Origin: Candidatus Hydrogenedentota bacterium
GTDB lineage: Bacteria > Hydrogenedentota > Hydrogenedentia > Hydrogenedentales > SLHB01
DNA: 55,065 bases
NCBI GenBank assembly: GCA_034408725.1
Contig: JAWXCN010000113.1
Span: 1-55,065 of the forward strand
Direction of reading: 5' to 3'
Below the pieces are notes generated by a model that ran no database searches, was not told the DNA's origin, and saw nothing but the letters and a program-made list of their open reading frames with translations. The position numbers were made by a program, and so were the translations under genes. Each line of letters starts with the position of its first letter. The stretch's first letter is position 1. This document shows positions 49,884-55,065 of this stretch, piece by piece.

Positions 49884-50564
49884 CTATTCCGGTTTCGGTT
49901 TGTCAGGCGCGGGTTTCCCGGGGCCGGTTTCTTCGTCCCGCGATTTCAGAAGCTGCTTCACAGGGTCCTTGTTACCTTCACCCATATCGCGGCCCCATTC
50001 GTCGCGCATTTTCTTGAGTTCGTCGTCGCTCATTTCTTTTACGCGTTGGACCAGGCGGCGCATCTGCCACTCGAATTCCTGCAACGTGACATACAGTTTC
50101 GCCTTCTGCCTCACCGTCATTTTTTCAGACGCTCTATCGAACACGTCACTCTTGGCTTGCGACCGTTTTTCATCCAGCAACCGGAGCTCGCCCAGTTTGC
50201 CGGTGAGTTCCGCGTCGGTGGCTTCAGGTTTCCCGGCGAGTTCTTTCATCTCCTTGAAAACATGATCGCGCTCGCGAAAGAGCGTATGCATTTCGTCGCG
50301 CATTTCCTGAAGGTGCCGCACCAGCAGGACGGTTTGCTCGTCGTTCAATTTGAGATCGCGCGATATCCGCACCATCATGATAGTGCTGACAAACTCCCGG
50401 ATTTCTTCGTCGCTCATCGAATTCGAATCGGATCGTTCGCGGCGGGAATTCTCCTCGTATTGTGGCGTATCCGGCTTGGGACGCTGCTCGGGGTCTGCAA
50501 ACGCAGTCGCCGTCATCACGCATAGGCCGGCCAATGCGAGTCGAACGCAGGCGATCACCTTCAT
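49884..50564 (-). CDS. Secreted helical protein (Spy/CpxP-like periplasmic accessory of the ECF operon)
   Basis: Signal peptide; LKLNDEQ and MTVRQKAK LTxxQ-like motifs; overlaps the anti-sigma stop. Confidence 0.55.
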   Translation of the reverse strand: MKVIACVRLALAGLCVMTATAFADPEQRPKPDTPQYEENSRRERSDSNSMSDEEIREFVSTIMMVRISRDLKLNDEQTVLLVRHLQEMRDEMHTLFRERDHVFKEMKELAGKPEATDAELTGKLGELRLLDEKRSQAKSDVFDRASEKMTVRQKAKLYVTLQEFEWQMRRLVQRVKEMSDDELKKMRDEWGRDMGEGNKDPVKQLLKSRDEETGPGKPAPDKPKPE

Positions 50565-51250
50565 AGTAATTGCGAACCCCCTTCGGAATACTCAGCCAAC
50601 AATGATTGAAGCGCGCGGCGCTGATCATCCGTCAATTGTTCCATTGCGGCATACACGTCACCGTCATCGTCGAACGCGACGTCATCGGATGTCAGCGCGG
50701 CAAATGTCGAAACCACGTCGGCGTACTTTTGATCAAGTGCGTCATCCGGCGCCAATTCCGTCAATGCATATCCCGACTCGAGCCATTCACCAGTGATTGC
50801 CGCTTCCGGCATCGCCCCATCCAATCCGGTAAGCAGCGCGTGATCGGGCTGGTTGCGTAATTCGAGGACCTGTGCCACTTGCCCATCATACGGCGCCTTT
50901 GTCGTCGGTAATGCTTGCGGCGCGTAGAACATCTCGGAGGCAATATAGGCGATGCACAGGCCGGCCGCCGCCGCCATGCTCAGTCTGGCGAACGTCCAGC
51001 GCCGGCTCCGGTCCAACTTTGGCGCGCGTTCGTCACGGACCTGCGCCATCACCCGCGTGGTAAACGCCGGATGCACATCCGGCGCAGCCAACGACTTGAG
51101 TTGCGCGGACGCCACCGACATCTCAGCGTAAAGTTTCGCCGCCCCGGCATCGCGCGCGATCAAGTCTTTGATCGCGTCCGTGTTTTCGGCCTCTCCGTCA
51201 AGAAAGGCAGACAGCTCGTCGTGCATCCGGTTCATATCTCGTTCATTCAT
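50561..51250 (-). CDS. Anti-sigma factor (RseA-like N-terminus, single TM)
   Basis: ELSAFLDGE motif; TM segment AAAAGLCIAYI; coupled to the sigma gene. Confidence 0.78.
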   Translation of the reverse strand: MNERDMNRMHDELSAFLDGEAENTDAIKDLIARDAGAAKLYAEMSVASAQLKSLAAPDVHPAFTTRVMAQVRDERAPKLDRSRRWTFARLSMAAAAGLCIAYIASEMFYAPQALPTTKAPYDGQVAQVLELRNQPDHALLTGLDGAMPEAAITGEWLESGYALTELAPDDALDQKYADVVSTFAALTSDDVAFDDDGDVYAAMEQLTDDQRRALQSLLAEYSEGGSQLL

Positions 51251-51825
51251 AAAAATTCACCACCAAGCTCAATGAGCTTTATCCGTAATTGTTCGCGCGC
51301 CCGCGCGATCCGGCTTTTAACCGTGCCAGACGGGCACTCAATTATCTCGCCAATCGACTCGTAGTCCATGCCCTGGAGCTCCCGCAGCACAAGCACTTCG
51401 CGGTGCTCGGCGGACAACTCGTCCAGCGCGGCGCCGATTAAACTTTCGATCTCCCGAATCCGCGCCGACTCGTCGGGCCTCGCGGTGGAATCCTCGACAA
51501 CATGCTCGGATTCGTCGTCTCTCGTGAGCGACATCGTAATACCACGGCCACGGCGCTTCGAGTCCCGCAGGAAGTTTAGCGTCAGGTTGCGCGCCATGCC
51601 AAAGAGCACGGTCGAGAACTTCGCATCCGGGCGCAACCGGTCAATGTACCGGTAGACCCGGACAAAACTGTCCTGGGCAATATCCTGGGCATCTTCGAGC
51701 GAACCGGCCATCCGGAAACAGAAGTGGATGAGCGGAGACTGGTAGCGCCGCACCAGGAGTGCAAACGCATCCGTGTCACCCGCGCGCGCGCGTGCGACGA
51801 GATCCCAATCGGAGAGGTCGCTCAT
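51247..51825 (-). CDS. ECF RNA polymerase sigma factor (RpoE/SigW-like)
   Basis: DAQDIAQDSF region 2; YESIGEIIECPSGTVKSRIARAR region 4. Confidence 0.93.
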   Translation of the reverse strand: MSDLSDWDLVARARAGDTDAFALLVRRYQSPLIHFCFRMAGSLEDAQDIAQDSFVRVYRYIDRLRPDAKFSTVLFGMARNLTLNFLRDSKRRGRGITMSLTRDDESEHVVEDSTARPDESARIREIESLIGAALDELSAEHREVLVLRELQGMDYESIGEIIECPSGTVKSRIARAREQLRIKLIELGGEFL

Positions 51826-51852
51826 GCGCGCCGAATCCTCAAGCACAATGGA

Positions 51853-51880
51853 TGTAACACCCGAACTGGCACGAGGTTCC
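51853..51880 (-). promoter_or_regulatory. Putative autoregulatory ECF promoter
   Basis: Minus strand reads GGAACC-N16-GTTACA, about 30 nt upstream of the sigma start. Confidence 0.55.
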
Positions 51881-51940
51881 CTAAAATGTTGGACAGGCCG
51901 GCGAAAGGCGCCTCGCGCGAAATGAGACTAACTCCTTGCT

Positions 51941-52333
51941 CTAGCGGAACTTGGATGTCTCGACCCGTTGCCGGGCGCGGGCTGTTGCCGCTTTGAGCGC
52001 AGTGGTGAGGTCCGCGGCCGCCTTGATGAGCGAGTCCAGGTTCGGACTGCATGTGGGCGCTGAAGCGTGTACCAACTTCAACCAGTAGGTTGCCTGCCGC
52101 GCCGCCTGACGCGCCGAGGCATAGCTTTGAATCTGGCCCGAAGGCGCGGCGTGCGCCTCCAACACATTCGCCCCGATATTCGCACCATGCTCCGCGAGCG
52201 CATTTGTTACAGGGTCAGGAAGCTGCCCCTTAAGCCGCTGCGCCAGACCCAACATACCGACCCCAAATCCAAAGGCCTTTGACTCTAGTTCGGCTGTCTC
52301 GTTCTCTTTGCTCGTAGCCCGCGACGATCGCAT
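51941..52333 (-). CDS. Four-helix-bundle protein (23S rRNA IVS-protein-like), divergent
   Basis: GANIGANVLEA and ATYWLKL resemble the family SIGANxxEA/ETxYWL pattern. Confidence 0.65.
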   Translation of the reverse strand: MRSSRATSKENETAELESKAFGFGVGMLGLAQRLKGQLPDPVTNALAEHGANIGANVLEAHAAPSGQIQSYASARQAARQATYWLKLVHASAPTCSPNLDSLIKAAADLTTALKAATARARQRVETSKFR

Positions 52334-52426
52334 ACCTAACCCTTCCCATGGCCCAGAGTTTCACTATAACACACGATCCGTCAGGCCAAACGTAGCGCCG
52401 TACTCCGATTCGGCGAGTCACGAACC

Positions 52427-53395
52427 CTACCCACCGGAATTTCCCGCGCCTTTCTTGTCCCACTCCGCCTCGAGCCGTGGACGGGTTTTCCAACGCCGGT
52501 GCAGCCAAAGCCATTGCTCGGGATGCGCGCGAATATGTTCCTCGAGAATGTCCTGCGAGCGTTGTGTAATTGCCAAAAGGTCCGCGCGGAAATCCCCGGT
52601 GCGTTCCACCGTTACTTCCGGGGAAATTCGGAGTGTGTACCTGTCATCGAGGTTGCGCGTCATCGTGACGACGTGCATCGGCACGCGCAGCCTTAGAGTG
52701 ACCATCGCGGGGGCCACGGTCGCCCAGCAGGGTCTTCCAAAAAACGTTACCGGCGCCGCGCTATCGCGTGGGCTTTGATCGGCGAGCACGCCAGCCACCC
52801 AGCCGTCCTTCAGCAGCCGCATCAGCTCTTGGCCGCCGCCAGTTTTGTCGATCGTGCGGACGCCGAGGCTCGTCCTCTCACGTTCCACAAAAGCGTTCAG
52901 CGCGGGTGCATCCAGCGGGCGGACAACCTCGGCCACGTCGAACCCCAGGCTTTTTACGACGGTCGCCATCCACTCCCAATTGCCGAGGTGCGCCCCCACG
53001 AGGAAAAAACCCTTGCGCGACCGGTCAAGATGTTCCGCGCCTTCGACAGTCGTCCAACGCGCAATGTTGTCCGGTGTGAGCCGGCGCAAGTGCGCAAATT
53101 CCGCAGCAACAATTCCCACGTTCATCGCCGCCCCGCGCGCGATGCTTCGCAACTCGCCCTCGCTGAGGGTCTCGCCGTAGGCTGCGCGCAGGTTCTCGAG
53201 CGCCACGCGCCGGACGCGCGGTACGACAGCATAAAGCGCGATCCCCAGTGCGCGGCCCACGAAACGGCATGCCGGGAGGGGTAGAATGCTCATAATCGCG
53301 CAGAATGCGATGGACACCGTCGAAACAATCCATGCAACCAATGGGTTCCGGCGCCGCGCCATCGGGCTACGATTCGAGCGGAAGGGTTTCGCCAA
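52427..53395 (-). CDS. Lipid A lauroyl/myristoyl acyltransferase (LpxL/HtrB family)
   Basis: AHLGNWE, LADQ, VTFFG and PEQWLWLHRRWK motifs. Confidence 0.92.
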   Translation of the reverse strand: MAKPFRSNRSPMARRRNPLVAWIVSTVSIAFCAIMSILPLPACRFVGRALGIALYAVVPRVRRVALENLRAAYGETLSEGELRSIARGAAMNVGIVAAEFAHLRRLTPDNIARWTTVEGAEHLDRSRKGFFLVGAHLGNWEWMATVVKSLGFDVAEVVRPLDAPALNAFVERERTSLGVRTIDKTGGGQELMRLLKDGWVAGVLADQSPRDSAAPVTFFGRPCWATVAPAMVTLRLRVPMHVVTMTRNLDDRYTLRISPEVTVERTGDFRADLLAITQRSQDILEEHIRAHPEQWLWLHRRWKTRPRLEAEWDKKGAGNSGG

Positions 53396-54734
53396 TGGAC
53401 GGAATGAATTTCCGGTAGACCGAGCTCGTGTTCTCTTTCATCCACGCCGTCGCATCGGGATCGCCATGTACGAAGATCAGGTTCTTCGGCGCGATATGAT
53501 CGATAAGCCGCACCAGGTCTTCGCGATGCGCGTGCGCGCTGAAGTTAAACGATTTCCGGTTCATCGTCTTAATCGTAACCGGGGGGCCGTCCCGCTCGAA
53601 GGACAACGCGTCTCCCAAGTCCGCGCGCATGAGTTTTGCCCCCAGCGTGTCTGGATCGAGGTATCCGACAAAAAATATGGCGTGCCTCGGATCGCGCACC
53701 ATCTCCATTGCTATCAGCGCCGAAGGCGTGTTCTCGACCATCATCCCCGACGTCGCGACTATGATGCAGGGCCTGCGCAACAACTCGCGCCGGACCCCGC
53801 CGTCCCAGACATCGCCAATGCGATTGAATTCCTGCAAGGGCCGTAACACGCTTTCGGGGCGGAGCAGATCGGAAAATTTCGAGTAAATTTCGTACATCGC
53901 GCGGCCCAATCCCGACGAATATACGGGCACGTCCGGGATGCGCCCCTGCCCTTGAAGCCGGCTGATTACGTTGAGCATTTCCTGCGTCCGGCCCAATGCG
54001 AATGATGGAACCAGCACCGAGCCGCCCAGCGTCAAGACGGCGGTGGCGTTTTCAGCAAACCGTTCTACCTCTCCCTCGAAGGTAATCGTATGGCCGATTT
54101 CATGGGTCGCGCGTGTACACTCGATCATCAGGGAATCGACGGCGATTTTCTTGTCCAGCAGTGTCATGCCCGCCATCAGTTCTTGGTGCGTCATGCAGAC
54201 ATCGCCCGAGTACAGGAGCGTGTGCCCTTCATTGCGCAGCAGCACGCTCGCGCTTCCGAGCACGTGGCCGCTGTGGTGGAAACTCGCGCGAAATGGACTA
54301 TCCCAGGTCAGGTCGAACTCGCGTTCATAATGAAGCCCATGACACCGGCGTAGCGCGGAGTCCACGTCGCTGTGTGTATAAAGCGGGTACTCGCGGATGC
54401 CCCGTTCCGTCCCCAACGTGCCCATCACGGAAACGCTATTGTGCAGCATCCTGTCCATGATGCTGACCGTGGGGTGCGTCGTGTAACACGGGGTCGCGGG
54501 AAAATCACGCATCACATACGGCACCGCGCCGCAATGATCGATATGTCCATGCGACACCAGGATGGCTTCCGGCGCGCGTTCGAGCAACCCGAATTCGGGT
54601 AGAGCGTCAAGCCCCTCTTTTTTGGGATGCAGCCCGCAATCAAGCAGGACGTCATGGCCGCCGGCGCTGATCACATACGAATTTGCACCGATCTCCGCAC
54701 CGCCACCGATGGCCTTAAACGTAATGGTACTCAA
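53367..54734 (-). CDS. Metallo-beta-lactamase beta-CASP family ribonuclease
   Basis: LDCG, SHGHIDH, GHVLGS, SGD, FALGRTQE, SAHA and VHGD motifs. Confidence 0.9.
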   Translation of the reverse strand: MSTITFKAIGGGAEIGANSYVISAGGHDVLLDCGLHPKKEGLDALPEFGLLERAPEAILVSHGHIDHCGAVPYVMRDFPATPCYTTHPTVSIMDRMLHNSVSVMGTLGTERGIREYPLYTHSDVDSALRRCHGLHYEREFDLTWDSPFRASFHHSGHVLGSASVLLRNEGHTLLYSGDVCMTHQELMAGMTLLDKKIAVDSLMIECTRATHEIGHTITFEGEVERFAENATAVLTLGGSVLVPSFALGRTQEMLNVISRLQGQGRIPDVPVYSSGLGRAMYEIYSKFSDLLRPESVLRPLQEFNRIGDVWDGGVRRELLRRPCIIVATSGMMVENTPSALIAMEMVRDPRHAIFFVGYLDPDTLGAKLMRADLGDALSFERDGPPVTIKTMNRKSFNFSAHAHREDLVRLIDHIAPKNLIFVHGDPDATAWMKENTSSVYRKFIPSIGETLPLES

Positions 54735-54805
54735 CGCGTTCTCCGGGTTCCGCTATTTCTGGAAGTGGCAGGAGATTGTATCAAAAAACGGTGGAGAGAC
54801 GAAGC

Positions 54806-55020
54806 ACACGGACGACACGGACGACACAGACGACACGGACGACACGGACGACACAGACGAACACGGACGAACACGGACGAACACGGACGAACACGGACGA
54901 ACACACGGACCTACACGGACCTACACGGACCTACACGGACCTACACGGACAGGGCAGAGGGAGTTGGTCTATTCTTGGGTTCGTCCGTGTTCGTCAGTGT
55001 TAGTCCGTGAAAGTCCATGT
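54806..55020. repeat. ACAC(G/A)GAC tandem array (15 units) with a downstream inverted array
   Basis: 6 x 9-mer, 4 x ACACGGACGA and 5 x ACACGGAC(CT) at 54806-54950; four degenerate GTCCGTGT units at 10-bp period at 54981-55020. Confidence 0.92.
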
Positions 55021-55065
55021 TTGTCCCGTCCCTGTTTATTTTCCGGCCAAAGCCCTCATCGCCAC

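Noticed and set aside
51941-52333. Four-helix bundle as the Avd of a diversity-generating retroelement or an rRNA intervening sequence
   Set aside because: No reverse transcriptase, TR/VR pair or rRNA gene in the window.
54776-55003. ORFs 54776-55003 and 54627-55010
   Set aside because: Low-complexity translations of the tandem repeat (TRTTRT, HGRHGR).

Overview
GC-rich bacterial chromosomal window with about 45 CDS and no rRNA, tRNA or CRISPR array that I can support. The DUF1559 prepilin-type subfamily, the DUF1549/1553 protein, Tat-exported sugar enzymes and LPS genes suggest a Hydrogenedentes/PVC-like diderm (inference). Housekeeping genes: nif3-like, glgA, tsaE, carA, hldE, rpsD, mfd, an ECF sigma/anti-sigma operon, lpxL-like and a beta-CASP nuclease. 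These are mixed with carbohydrate and envelope genes, a multicopper oxidase, HicBA, Mrr, a GxxExxY nuclease-fold cassette and an IS200/RAYT-type tyrosine transposase. Many intergenic regions carry REP/REPIN-like inverted repeats from several unrelated families. The best candidate for an undescribed system is a DUF2946/CruR-like leader (hydrophobic N-terminus, CxxC, C-terminal RDPP) directly upstream of a His-rich DUF1559 pilin-like protein. This suggests metal-responsive ribosome-stalling control of a pilin-like metal-binding protein. Also notable are the inverted-repeat-bounded GxxExxY and TnpA cassettes, a stand-alone MshEN c-di-GMP receptor, a GH36-like pseudoenzyme and an SDR-DegT fusion. 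All calls come from motif recognition by eye; no searches were run.
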